Origin: Octopus sinensis
Taxonomy: Eukaryota
Direction of reading: 5' to 3'
DNA length: 64,000 nt
Assembly: GCF_006345805.1 (NCBI RefSeq)
Contig: NC_043020.1
Coordinates: forward strand, 23,684,001-23,748,000
The translations under genes and the position numbers were made by a program. Of the stretch, positions 11,867 to 25,850 are shown in pieces. The notes under the pieces are model-generated. The model saw nothing but the letters and a program-made list of their open reading frames with translations, had not been told where the DNA came from and searched no databases. Position 1 is the stretch's first letter; each line of letters starts with the position of its first letter.

Positions 11867-12030
11867 ATATATGTTTATATATGGTGTGTGTGTATATATA
11901 TATACATAATACTTACATACATATATATATAAAATGTTTATATATATATATATATATACCTTAATATGTATATATATGGTATATGTATATATATATGTAT
12001 ATATATATATATATGTATATACATATTTAA

Positions 12031-12086
<56 letters not shown>

Positions 12087-12349
12087 GTAAAAGTTTATTT
12101 ATATATGCATGTAAATCTCATTTCAGCTACTTTAGTTAAGGCTGGGCCGCCATCACTTGTTATCTTACCTTGTTTAGAAATGGTTCCACTACATTAGATA
12201 TAATTAGTGATCATTAGAGAGACAAATTATAAAAACAAAAAAATCTAACAAATACAGAGCAGCACGGTGACGGAATCTGATAATCATATATTTTTCAGTC
12301 ACTGCAGTAGACATCTTGTAACAAAAAAAAGTTAAAACAAAATGATAAA

Positions 12350-12378
12350 ATACATACATACATACATACATACATACA

Positions 12379-12412
<34 letters not shown>

Positions 12413-12580
12413 CATACATATATACATTGATACATACATACATACATACATACATACATACATACATACATACATACATACATTGATACATACATACATA
12501 CATACATACATACATACATACATACATACATACATACATACATACATGCATACATGATACGTACGTAGGTACATACATAT
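12350..12580. repeat. (TACA)n microsatellite
   Basis: Direct reading of the sequence. Confidence 0.95.
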
Positions 12581-12716
12581 ATGTATGTGCGCGCGCATGT
12601 GTGTGTGTACTTGTGTATTGTCATATATTTGATATTCGCATTATCTATTTATATTACCTGCTGTCAAATGACTGAAACAAGTAAAAGAATAATAGAATAA
12701 AAAATATACGCATTAT

Positions 12717-12748
<32 letters not shown>

Positions 12749-12787
12749 CAATATATATATATATATATAGATATACACACACAAATA

Positions 12788-12827
<40 letters not shown>

Positions 12828-12851
12828 CATAGATATATATGTATATATATG

Positions 12852-12889
<38 letters not shown>

Positions 12890-12904
12890 GATAGATATTA
12901 TATT

Positions 12905-12949
<45 letters not shown>

Positions 12950-13027
12950 GATATATATATCTATATATATATATACATATATATATATATACATATATTT
13001 ATATATATAATATGTATATATATATAC

Positions 13028-13081
<54 letters not shown>

Positions 13082-13706
13082 TTGATACACGTATTACACA
13101 TACAACACACACACTCACACACACACAGGAAACACATGCACACATATAAATAGATAAATAGTCAGACAAATTATATACATGAAGATTCGTATTAAGAAAT
13201 ATCTTAATAGTATAAAAAGTATGATGAAATTTGGCATCTATCCTTTAATCAAAAATATATATATATAAAATACTGACAGCTTTCACTTGCACAATCCAGC
13301 AGTCACTGTATAATTTGTGCTTGCTTCTGTTCAGACATAATTTTCTTATCAAGTATCACATCTTTAAACACCGGAGAGAAAACGTGAATATTAAACAAAA
13401 AAAAATGATGGAAAATCAAAACAGAGACGTGAAATGGAAGGAAGGGACAGTGTAGAAAAAACCCCAAAAAACACGCGTAGCTAATAAAGTTTCTTGTTTG
13501 AATTTCATACAAATTTCGTGGTTTTTAGTAAAGAAGTGTGGTTGAGACTATATCTAAAATTGTTGTTTTCGTAAATCTGTGGTTTTGGGTTCGATACGAT
13601 TACGGTACCGATAATGTGCAAGTGATAACTTTTCTTATATACTGGCTGATAGATTAATTGAGAATGATGTTTCGTTGATCGATACTATGCTGAGCTCCGT
13701 TATATG

Positions 13707-14350
<644 letters not shown>

Positions 14351-14394
14351 AGAAAATTTTCTCCTTGTTTATACTCGTTGTACGGTACCTTTCG

Positions 14395-14700
14395 TAATGG
14401 CCCAGTGGTTAAGGCAGCGACACGTGGTCAGAGGATCGCGGTTTCGATTCCCATATCGGGCGTTGTGTGTGTTTCTTGAGCGAAAACATCTAAAAACTCC
14501 ACGAGGCTCTGGCAGGTGGTGGTGGCGACCCCTGATGTACTCTTTCGCCCCAGCTTTTACTCACGTTTTCTTCCTGTTTCTTGAGTAACGCTGCGATGGA
14601 CTGGCGTCCGTCCAGCTGGTGTGGAACACATACGCCATAGAAACCGGGAAACCGCGCCCATGAGCCTGGCTAGGCTTGAAAAGGGCGCATAAATAACAAT
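14395..14700 (+). mobile_element. Family-K SINE, older copy
   Basis: tggcccagtggtt head, gcgatggactggcgtcc core, catgagcctggctaggct tail. Confidence 0.8.
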
Positions 14701-15150
14701 AACGGCACCCTTTATGGCATCAATAAAATATTTCTCTCTGGAACTGATAGCCTTGTGCCAAAGTTAAAAACAGGTAAATTGCCAGAATCACTACCGCATC
14801 GGACAAAACGCTTTGTAATATCTCGTCCGGCCCTTACGTGCTGAGTCCAAATTCCGGCTCTTGACGTTTTGAGTTCAAATTCGGCTTTCATGTTTTCGGA
14901 GTCTATAAAATACATATCAGTTGAGTACATTCCAACGATGAAGCCTTGCATCTTTGTTAGAAACCAGCTCCTTTCCCAGAAGAGAACATATTTGGTTGGC
15001 AATTAAGTTTTTTTTTAATTTTGGAATTTATTGCTTTTTTAAATTTTGGAATCTATTTTGTTCGAGAATTCTATTTTTGAATCATTTTGGAATCTATTTT
15101 TTTTTTCTAGTTAATTTTAGTTAACTTTTGTTTACTTTCAGATCATTAAA

Positions 15151-15362
15151 ATAGAATGTCAAGCTAAGACATACGATCATTTTAGACACCTCCTTCTTTT
15201 TGCTTTTAATCAATGTTCCAAGGTCGCAAAAGCTGCTCGAGATATTTGTGCAGTGTTTGGAGAAGGTGCTATAATTGAAAGAACCGCTCGTGATTGGTAT
15301 GCCAAGTTCAAAAATAATAATTTTTGACTTCAAAGACGGATCTCGTTCTGGCCGTCCAGAAC
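15151..15362 (+). pseudogene. mariner transposase N-terminal HTH fragment
   Basis: ECQAKTYDHFRHLLLFAFNQCSKVAKAARDICAVFGEGAIIERTARDWYAKFKNNNFDFKDGSRSGRP. Confidence 0.85.
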
Positions 15363-15737
15363 GAAAATTCTCGTCAAACGACAAGGGAACTGACAGACAA
15401 AATGGAATGCTCCCACAGTGCTATAGAGAAGCATCTTCACTCGACTGCAAGCAATGTCCCATTTCTCTTCCTCTTCATAACATGTCATAAGTAATTGCGC
15501 GGTGAATCGCTGAGGCCCACAACTATGACTTTCGTTTTTTTTTTAAAGCTTGTTGTTATTGAAGACGTTTTTGCTATTTCTGTTGGTGTTGTGAACCTTG
15601 TTTCCATATTGCTTTTTTGTTTTTGTTGAAGTTGATAAATGCTGTTCGTACTGACGAACGTACGCACGCACGCACGCACACGCACATACAAACGAGCACA
15701 TTTCTCTCTCATCCCCCACAGACTCCTCCCCCATATG

Positions 15738-15784
<47 letters not shown>

Positions 15785-15844
15785 TAGCTGAAGGTGACCC
15801 GCTCTACGCGCGGGTAAGAGTGTGGGTGTTACTTTCTGTTGCTT

Positions 15845-16160
15845 CCTTTCAGCACGTAAAAAGCACCATCCGAACGTGGCCGATTGCAGCACCGCCTTGA
15901 CTTGCTTCTGTGCTGGTGGCACGTAAAAAAACACCAACCGATCGTTGGCACTGCGAGCCCCCCTGGCACAGTGCCGGCGGCACGAAAAAAAAAGCACTAC
16001 TACACTCACAGTGTGGTTGGCGTTAGGAAGGTCATCCACCTGTCGAAACACTGCCAGATCAGATGGAGCCTGGTGCAGCCTCCTGGCTTCCAGACCCCGG
16101 TCACACTGCCCAACCCATGCTAGCACGGAAAACGGACGTTAAACGATGATGAGATGATGA
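15845..16160 (+). mobile_element. Head-less SINE fragment carried inside Helitron copy B
   Basis: ggtggcacgtaaaaagcacc repeats, gttaggaagg.catcca.ctgt.gaaac, tail cgttaaacgatgatga. Confidence 0.75.
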
Positions 16161-17163
16161 TTCTCCGTATTTGTTTCTCTCTCCTTTCTCTCTCACTTTC
16201 CCACTCTCTTACTTTTCTTTTCTCTCTGACTCTCCCTCGCTTTCTCTTACTCTCTATCTTTATCTCTCTCTCTCCCATTTATAAACAACAGAAGATCTTG
16301 AGTAAGTTGAGAAAAAATATTTAGAAGGATCAATCAGAAATATGAGGCAGTGGCAATGGAAAGGTTGCTTCAAGGCAGACAGCAAAACGTTAAATTCAAA
16401 AGGGACAGACGAACTTGCGAGCTGAATAAAAATAATAAAATATTGGAAACCAAAGTTTGAAGGGATAGAATCTGAGGATAGTAGAGTCACCATGGCTGGC
16501 ATTTCTTACGAGGGACAGCAACGTAGTGACAGTTTAACGGCTGGCGTAAAATTTTGAACTTGATGTAAAAGAAAATTCGTAAACACCAAGTTTTGAAGTG
16601 ATTCTTTCTCACGACAGTAGACTCACCATGGCAGCATTCAAAACTTCTTTATCATGGACGGCAACACATTGACGATTAAAAGGCTGGCGCAAATTTTTAG
16701 CTTGATGCAACAGAGAATTCCTAAACACCCGCTCTTTGAAATTTTAATCCCCTTCCAGCCCCATTTAGACCCCTTTTCACATTTTGGTTAATATAACCCG
16801 ATTTCATTCGGGTGTACTGGGGCCACATTTTATAAGATGAGGAATTTTGTCCTAGAGGTGACGCCTTTCATTTGAGGAACAAAATAGTTGTGATGCAAAC
16901 TTGTCAGCACCTTTAACATAGGTGTGCATATTTTCAGGTGAATCGACCGACTACGTAATGCACACATATATATATGTGTATATATATATATATGTGTGGT
17001 GTGTGTGTGTGTGTGTGTGTGCACGCATTATATATACAAATGTATACAAATGAGATATATATCTGTATAAATTAAATTAGAGATAAAACCACTAATAGGC
17101 AAATCAAACAGTGAAAAACAAAAACAAAAAAATAAAAAAAGAAAATATAACATAGAAAATATA

Positions 17164-18267
17164 TCTATATATATAAAACTGTAGTTGTGTGAGTGTCTGT
17201 CCCCTCGATTTAGATTCCTAACTACTCCCAAATTTTGCGGTGCAGTTTAACCAAATTCGGGTATCTTATAGTCGTGATTCATATCGAACCCGTCTGGGTA
17301 TTAGGCGCGCGTCTACGATGAGTGTACGATTTTAAAAATAATTTAACATCATTTTTTATTCCATTTTAATGCATATTTTTTCCTGTGTCGATGGGCGGAG
17401 TTGGCGTCCACGCTCACGCCTGCACCTGTGTTGCTTCTCCCCCTTCTTCCCTCCCTCGTGAAGCTGTGGGGAAGGAGTGTAAGGAAATCAACGTCGTAAT
17501 GCGTTGTGAAGGAGACCAGCGTTCTTTTAGAACAACGACTTCATGGCTTGAAGTCGCCAAAACAGAAATCGCTAAAAAAGCTGAAACAGATCCACAAAAA
17601 CGGCAAAAACCGCCACACAGGGCAGGTTTCCTGTGCAAACAATTTGCACAACCGAATGTTTTAGTTGTTGCACAAATCTTTATATAAAAGTAAGGTTGTG
17701 TGTCTGTCTCCTACGATATAATTCCTAACTACTCCCACATTTTGCGGTGCAGTGTAACCAAAACCGGGTATCTTATAGTCGTGATTCATATCGAGCCCTT
17801 CTGGGTATTAGCGCGCGTCTACGATGAGTCTACGATTTAAAAAAAATTACCATCATTTTTTATTCCATTTTAATGCATTTTTCGCTATTATATAAGGGAA
17901 GTAACTCTCTAAAAATGTCTACGATGAGTCAACGATTAAAAAAAAAATTACCATCATTTTTTATTCCATTTTAATACATTTTTCGCTATTATATAAGGGA
18001 AGTAACTCTCTAAAAATGTCTACGATGAGTCAACGATTAAAAAAAAATTACCATCATTTTTTTATTCCATTTTAATACATTTTTCGCTATTATATAAGGG
18101 AAGTAACTCTCTAAAAATGTCTACGATGAGTCACGATTAAAAAAGAAATTACTATCATTTTTTATTCCATTTTAATGCATTTTTTGCTATTTTTTTGCTA
18201 TAACTCACTAAAAATGCTTATAGTTATTTCCCTTAAAAACCCGAGCAACGCCTGGCGATACTGCTAG
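17164..18267 (+). mobile_element. Nested composite non-autonomous Helitron with two 5' ends
   Basis: A|TCTATATATATAAAA at 17164, second A|TCTTTATATAAAA at 17677 with a duplicated 5' body; 3' cccgagcaacgcctgg hairpin then CTAG|T at 18264-18268. Confidence 0.8.
17817..18200 (+). repeat. Internal tandem repeat, about 101 bp x 4
   Basis: gtctacgatgagt at 17817, 17917, 18018 and 18119. Confidence 0.9.
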
Positions 18268-19144
18268 TAAAATATAAAATTGAAAACTTTAAATTATTTT
18301 TAATTGAAAATAAAAATTATGAAATTTACTTATAATTTGTTAAAAATATATATAACTATGAAAAAGTATGAAAAAGTTTAATATACATAAATACAGATAT
18401 ATACACTTTGTATATATACATTATATATACATTTTTATATATAGAACACACACACACACATACATTATATACATATTATATATAGAACACAACACACACA
18501 CACACACATACATCATATATACATATTTATATATAGAACACACACACACTACATATATAACATATTTATATATAGAACACACACACACATACATTATATA
18601 TACATATTTATATAGAACACACACACACACACATACATTATATATACATATATATATAGAACACACACACACACACACACACATATATGAACGCAAGAAT
18701 ATCTGATTCATATATTTGTTCTCATGCTCGGTGTGTTGATGTTGGTGACAGAACATATCTTAAAAGAACGTCGCCGAAGTGATAGAAGGTAGGAAACAGA
18801 GTCAGTGAAAAAGAAAGGAAATAGCGATAGTGACAGATACTTTAAATAACCGTAGTGGACTTCTGAAAGTTATGAAGAGGAGTAAGAGAGGGAAAGGAGG
18901 AAATAGGGTGAGTGAGGAAGATGGCCCCTAGCAACCACACCTTTTAAGATAGGGATTTCTAAGGTAGCCCACGCGCATCGTCACCTCATTCTACATGTCC
19001 CTGTAAATTTGGAGGAAGCGAATCGGACGGGATGTAGTGGCATTGAAAGCGATCCAAGCGGTAAAAACGCAATTCAGTTTTATATATAGAGACTAGCTGA
19101 AGGTGACCCGCTCTACGCGCGGGTAGAGTGTGGTTGTTACTTTT

Positions 19145-19470
19145 CTGTTGCTCCTTTCAGCACGTAAAAGCACCATCCGAACGTGGCGGATTGCAGCGCC
19201 GCCTTGACTGGCTTCTGTGCTGGTGGCACGTAAAAAGCACCAACCGATCGTGGCCGCTGCCAGCCGCCCTGGCACCTGTGCAGGCGGCACAAAAAGCACC
19301 CACTACGCTCACAGAGTGGTTGGCGTTAGGAAGGGCATCCACCTGTCGAAACACTGCCAGATCAGACTGGAGCCTGGTGCAGACTCCTGGCTTCCCAGAC
19401 CCCTGTCAAACTGTCCAACCCGTGCTAGCACGGAAAACGGACGTTAAACGATGATGATGATGATGATGAT
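19145..19470 (+). mobile_element. Same captured SINE fragment inside Helitron copy A
   Basis: Same position and orientation relative to the CTAG end as in copy B. Confidence 0.75.
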
Positions 19471-20152
19471 TCTCCCTCTTTGTTTCTTTCTCCTTTCTCT
19501 CTCACTTTCCCACTCTCTTACTCTTCCTTTCTCTCGGACTCTCCCTCGCTTTCTCTAACTCCCTATCTTTATGTATCTCTCTCCCATTTATAAACAACAA
19601 AAGATCTTGAGTAAGTTGAGAAATAAAATATTTAGAAAGATCAATCATAAATATCAGGCAGTTACAAAGGAAAGGTCTGCTTCAAGACAGACAGCAAAAC
19701 ACTAACATTTAAAAGGGACAGAAGAAATTGCGAGCTGAATAAAAATAATAAAATATTGGAAACCAAAGTTTGAAGGGATAGAATTTGAGGATAGTAGAGT
19801 CACCATGGCTGGCATTTCTTAACGACGGACAGCAACGTATTGACAGTCAACGGCTGGCGTAAAATTTTGAACTTGATGTAAAAGAAAATCCCTAAAACCA
19901 AGTTTTGACTTGATTCTTTCTCACGACAGTAGACTCACGATGGCAAGCATTCAAAACTTCTTCATCATGGACGGCAACACATTGACGATTAAAAGCTGGC
20001 GCAAATTTTGTAGCTTGATGTAACAGAGAATTGCTAAACACCGCTCCTTTAAATTTTAATCCCTTCCAGCCCCATTTATACCCCTTTTCACCTTTTGGTT
20101 AATATAACCCGATTTCATTGGGTCTACTGGGGCCACATTTTATAAGATGAGG

Positions 20153-20307
20153 ACTCAACCAAGTTTCCCAAGTTCTGGTAATAGACCATAGAACACTCAA
20201 CCAAGTTTCCCGATTTCTGGTCTAGACCATAGAACAGTCAAGCAAGTTTCCCGAGTTCTGGTCATAGACCATAGAACACTCACCCAAGTTTCCCGAGTTC
20301 TGGTCAT
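20153..20307 (+). repeat. Tandem repeat, 41-42 bp x about 3.7
   Basis: actcaaccaagtttccc.agttctgg..atagaccatagaac at 20153, 20195, 20236 and 20278. Confidence 0.9.
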
Positions 20308-21279
20308 TTGCAGAATAAATAGAGACGGCGGAGGTGGCAGACGTCGTTGCAATGTAAACATGATTTGTTATAAGAGAAAGATTGTCCAGATTGTGTTTGT
20401 GGTGTTGGTGGTGGCGATGATAATTATCATTAGGAAAAAGAATGAGTGAGTGAGGAAGACATACATAAGTTGTGGCGATGATAATTGTAGACCCCTTTTC
20501 ACATTTTGATGAAGAGAACCCGATTTGATTCTGGTGTACTGGGGCCACATATAGGTGTGTGTGTGTGTGTGTGTTGTGTGTGTGTGTGTGTGTGTGTGTG
20601 TGCACGCTGTAGAAATTAAATTAGAGATAAAACCACTAATAGGGAAATGAAAAGGTAAAAAACCAAAAACAAAAACATAAAAATAGAAATATAATATTAG
20701 ATATATGTATATATGTGTATGTGTGTGTGTGTGTGTGTTGACAGGTAGACAATAGAATGCGATGGCGATGGGGATGGCTATGTAATATTTGTTACTGTCC
20801 ATGAACGCTGATAGATACATGAGTAAAATGTATAGGAAGGTAAGCGATAAGAGTGAGTGAAAATGTTCTTGGAAGAGAGTAAATAGCGACAGAGTGATTT
20901 GAGGAAGACTTTACATTAAATAACGGTAGTTGCATTGTCAAATGAAGACAGAGTACTGGAGAAAATAGGGTGAGGTAGGAAGATGGCCCCTAGCAACCAC
21001 ACCTTTTAAGATAGGGATTTCTAAGGTATCCCACGCGCATCGTCACCTCATTCTACATGTCCCTGTAAATTTTGGAGCGAATCGGACGGGATGTAGTGGC
21101 ATTGAAAGCGATCCAAGCGGTAAAAACGCAATTCAGTTTTATATATAGAGAAGAGAAGATATATATATACATACAAACATACATACATATGCATGCAAAC
21201 ATAAACGTCTGTGTGGGTGTGAGACTGTGTATGCCTATATATATATACATAAATATATACATATATCTACATACATACA

Positions 21280-21357
<78 letters not shown>

Positions 21358-22058
21358 CGCACACAGACACACACCCACACAGACATGTATGTTAGCATGC
21401 ATAAGTGTGTATATGAAAGAGAGAGACATGCGTATACATAGATACATACATACATACATACATAAATACATACATACATACATACATACATACATACATA
21501 CATACGTGTATGTGTGTACGTATACACATACACATACACGCGGCTCACGCATGTTTGCATTTTTGAGTGCGCTTGTGTGTCATCACACACAACGAAAGCC
21601 TCTGCTGACGAGAAGATATCGATGGTAAAAGCTTCGCTAATTAAACGCAACGTAGAACATGCTTACGTTCGGGCATAAAAAGAGAAGCAGGAGAAAGCTG
21701 AAAGAGACAGAGATAGAATGAGAGATATAGAGATAGAGATACACAAAGTGAGAGAGGGAGTGGTGGAAGAGTATGGGAGCAGAGGATGAGGTTGCGAAAC
21801 TGAGAGAACAAGAATGAGATAAAAACGAAAACGTGATTTAGGCCAATAACAATGGATGAAAGATCTAATAAAAGCAAGGTTTTAAAAATTTATCTCCGAG
21901 AAACACGAGGAACGGAGAATGTCGTAGCTACGTCTTTGTTTCTTCTTCTTTGATATGTATGTACTTATGTATGTATACACGTATGTACGTATGTAAGTAT
22001 CTATGTACAAAACTATATACATGTATATATATAATATATGCTTATGTATATATTATAT

Positions 22059-22100
<42 letters not shown>

Positions 22101-22302
22101 ATATAGATATATATATATATATTATAAAATATATTAGTATATATATAATATCTATATATATCTTATGTATATATGTATATATATACATATATACATACAT
22201 ACAACACGCTTATGTAATTCAATAAGTTATCACTATCTATAAATATATATACATACATATATACTGCATATGTATGCGTGCGTGTTAGAAGTGTATATAT
22301 AC

Positions 22303-22380
<78 letters not shown>

Positions 22381-22739
22381 GTGAGAGAGAGAGAGAGATG
22401 TATATATATTATATATACACACACATATATATATATCTTCATATATATTTTTAGGTATATATAAGTCTATATGAATTCACACCACACACACAGAGACATA
22501 CACGCACAGACAAACACGTCAGCACACACATTCGCTTACAGCACTCTCACATATACATACATACACGCATACACAACAGACACTCACACACCACAGACCA
22601 CAAATACACACACACACACACAGACATATATATAATATATAACGGGAAGCTTATGAAAATAAACAAAAGACGAAGGCAGGTGGAAAACCAACGAACAATT
22701 GTATTAGTATGGCGCTCAGGAAATATAAATCAAACAAGT

Positions 22740-22775
22740 CCTTAACGTTTCTAGCCTACGCTCTTCAACAGAAAG
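22740..22775 (-). ncRNA. Minimal hammerhead-like motif (CUGUNGA variant) in the pLTR, stem II damaged
   Basis: cttt-CTGTTGA-A-GAGcgtaggCTA-GAAACGTT|aagg. Confidence 0.5.
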
Positions 22776-23289
22776 ATACACAGAGAGAGAAAAAACACAG
22801 AAAGAAAGAAGGAGAGAAAAAAAATGCGTGCAGTAGCTAACGAATCAACATGGCGATTCGATTTCGCCAGAGGTCAAAGATCAAACATGAGATGAGGACG
22901 CGAGAGCGAATAAGGGAGATGAATAGGGTTGATAAACGGGTTGAGGGACCAGCTAAAAGTGCGTGGGAGGGGTCTGGATGGGTGTATGTATAGGGTTGGG
23001 GTGTATGTATTATATGTATAAGGTTTGTGTGTGTGTGATGAGAGAGTATAGTGCGTAAGATTGGTCTGGACGTGCGTATGTATGGGTTGGTGTATGTATT
23101 AGTATGTTAGTATGTATTAGTACGTATTGGTATGTATAGGTAGGTGTGTGTGTGTGTGAGAGAGTATAAAGTGCGTATGCAGGGTCTGGACGTGTGTATG
23201 TATAGGGTTGGTGTAAGTATTAGTATGTACTAGTATGTATTAGTACGTATTAGTATGTATTAGTTGGTTGTGTGTATTAGTATGGCACA

Positions 23290-23710
23290 TCATATTTGAT
23301 GTGATGTGTAAAGTCATGTGGGTGTAGTGAAGTGAGGAGAAGAGGGGGAGGGGGAGAAGAGGGGGAGAAGAGGGGGGAGAAGAGGGGGAGAGAAGGGGGA
23401 GGATGGTAAGAAGAGGGGGAGGAGAGGGGGAAGAGGAGAGGATGGGGGAGAAGGAAGGGGAGGAGGGGGATGAAGGAGGAAAGAGGGAGAGGGGGAGAGA
23501 GAGAAGGGGAGAGAGGGAGTGAGGGAGCAAGGGGAAGGGGAAGAGGGATTGGGAGAAGAAAGGAGAAAGAGGAAAGAAGGGAAGGGGAGTAGGGGTGAAA
23601 GGATGAAGGACTGAAAAGTAGGGTAGGAGGGAGAAAAGGTCAAGGATAGAGAAAGGATAGGTGAGGAGGGGGGAGAGGGGGGGTTAGATGAGGAGGGGGG
23701 GAGAGTTGAG
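23290..23710 (+). repeat. Polypurine (GA/GGA-rich) tract in the PLE 3' UTR
   Basis: Direct reading of the sequence. Confidence 0.9.
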
Positions 23711-25005
23711 ACCAAATGGCGTATAAGAGCGAAGAGAGAGAGAGATTAATTCTGTTCACGGCGCAACGGGAATCCGGATGGCCTCTGTGTAAGGACAAAC
23801 CGAACACAGATAGGTGTTGTCAAGGAGTGACCGGTGAGGGGATGGAGCGGAAATGGCGTGAGACCGGTGTGTCGTTCGCAAGGTGGATGTCACGGAGGTG
23901 TTCCGCGAACCGGTCAGCCAGCGGCGTCCCGTTTGTCCGATGTACAAGGAATTTGCAGAGAGAGCAAGAGATGCAATAGATAATATTGCTGGAGGTGAGG
24001 TCAGGAGTGGGAGTGGATGATGGGATAGGGTCGATGGTGGGTGCTAGTGAGGCGGGTGGTGTTGGAGAGGTAAGGGCAAGTGCGGCAACGTGGGCGGGAG
24101 CAGGGGAGCGGGGAACGAGCCGGGTTGGGAGGTAGGTAGGGTCAGGGAAGGAGCTATGGACCCAAAAGGTCTCGAAGGTTGTGGGCTCGTTTGAAGAGGG
24201 GAGGGGGCGGTTAGGGAAGAGGTGTGAAGTGGAAGGTCGGACTGGAGGGAGAGATGACGGAAAGCTCGAAGAATGGTGCGTTGGAGACGTAGGGTCGTGG
24301 GGTGGTTAAGTGAGGGGAAAGGGAGGCGGGAGACTACAGGGCGGGTTCGGGAGAGAGAGCAGATACACGGTCCACGGACCGTGCTCTGGAAGGGGCGTGT
24401 GGATAGTGGTGAGGGGGTATCCACGTAGGGTGAAGTGGTGAGCCATACGTGAGACTGAGTCTCAAAGTCATGGTCGTCACTACAGAGCCTACGTAGACGG
24501 AGGAATTGGGAATAGGGATGGAAAAGCTTGGTGTGTTCTGGGTGGGAGGAAGAGAAGTTGAGGTATGAGTGTGAGTCGTGTGTTTGTAGTGAATGGAGGT
24601 GGTAAGAGTGGAGTGAAGAATGCTAACCGAAATGTCGAGGAAGGAGACAGAGGTGTTGGAGATAGTATATATATATATATATAATATTTAATTGAAGCCG
24701 AAACCTAAGTATTACGACTGCAAGTTTCATCTTTCGGCTCAGCAGAAAATGAAGAAGGAAGAGGGAGAAATGAGAGAGAGACAGAGAGAGAGAGATCAGC
24801 TTACAGAGAAAGGGAGGCAGAAAGAAAGAAAGAATGAAAGATACAATAGGATGGAAAAGTGGAATATATGGTGAACTAAAAGTTATTAACCTAATAAATA
24901 GTAAGATTTCAGCTTCAATTAAATTTAATATTAGATTCCTCTAAGACAGTGTTTCCTTCTCGTGTTAGATGTACTAACGTCCCATGATATATATATAATC
25001 TCTCC

Positions 25006-25060
<55 letters not shown>

Positions 25061-25322
25061 ACACACATATATATATATATATATGAGAATATATGTATCT
25101 ATATATATCTGTCTATGTATGGTGTTGCGCGTTGGCGTGTGTTCGTCAGTCGTTGACCTTGTCTTCAAAAATATCTTGACTTGTAATTCAAACCCAACAT
25201 CTTCAGCAATAAAATATCTGCTTGCTTATGAGAGTATGTGTGTGTCCGTATGAGTGTGTGTCTGTGTGTGAGTGTGTGCGCGTGCGTGTGCGCCCGTAGT
25301 TATAAATAACTATGTATCTATA

Positions 25323-25383
<61 letters not shown>

Positions 25384-25438
25384 TATATATACATACATAC
25401 ACACACACAGACACACAGACACACACACACACACACAC

Positions 25439-25470
<32 letters not shown>

Positions 25471-25473
<3 letters not shown>

Positions 25474-25850
25474 ACTCCGTCGGTTGCGACGACGAGGTTT
25501 CCAGTTGATCCAATCAACGGAACGACCTGCTCGAGAAATTTACGTGCAAGTGGCTGAGCACTCCAGAGACACGTACCCTTAATGTAGTTCTCAAGGAGCT
25601 TCATTCGCCTTGATACCGAGTGTGACAAGGCTTGTCCTTTCAAATACATTTACAACAGAAGCAGGAAGAAAGAGTCAGAGAAAATTGTGGTGAAAGAGTA
25701 CAGTACGGTTCGCCACCCCCTGCCGGAAAATCGTGGGGCTTTTAGGTGTTTTTTCGCTTAATAAACACTCACAACGCTCGGTCTGGAAATCGAAAGCGCG
25801 GTCCTACGACGGCGAGTCCACATCCCTAACCACTGGGCCCTCGTGCCTCC
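25471..25850 (-). mobile_element. tRNA-derived SINE with a family-K-like head and a different 3' body
   Basis: Minus head ggaggcacgagggcccagtggttagg..ttcgattcc; tail ..gatcaactggaaacctcgtcgtcgcaaccgacggagtggc(AT)n. Confidence 0.8.

Larger units (their letters stand above)
15784..19092 (-). mobile_element. Non-autonomous Helitron, copy B (contains nested plus-strand Helitrons)
   Basis: Minus strand 5' TCTCTATATATAAAACTG at 19092; 3' hairpin acccgc/gcgggt then CTAG (15784-15787) followed by T. Confidence 0.75.
19093..21151 (-). mobile_element. Non-autonomous Helitron, copy A, head-to-tail with copy B
   Basis: 5' TCTCTATATATAAAACTG at 21151; same 3' hairpin and CTAG at 19093-19096; 19093-20147 matches 15784-16837 and 20965-21151 matches 18900-19092. 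Confidence 0.75.
22640..24660 (-). mobile_element. 5'-truncated Penelope-like element: RT thumb, linker, GIY-YIG, low-complexity 3' UTR and terminal pLTR
   Basis: Minus-strand frames SFLDISV..LTTSIHYK..DSHSYLNFSSSHPEHTK..IPYSQFLRLRRLCSDDHDF..F.LRGYP; HPTTLRLQRTILRAFRHL; YIGQTGRR/LADRFAEHLRDI..DTPVSRHF; bounded by (AT)n at both ends. Confidence 0.9.

Noticed and set aside
16825-16845. A|TCTTATAAAA at 16837 and 20147 as Helitron 5' ends
   Set aside because: Homology between the two copies continues past it (tgagga and further blocks), so the true 5' ends are more likely 19092 and 21151
20153-20307. Regularly spaced 42-bp repeats resembling a CRISPR array
   Set aside because: Contiguous tandem copies with no unique spacers, no cas genes, eukaryotic context
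23240-23715. Pro/Ser/Leu-rich ORFs
   Set aside because: Translation of the polypurine/polypyrimidine tract in the PLE 3' UTR
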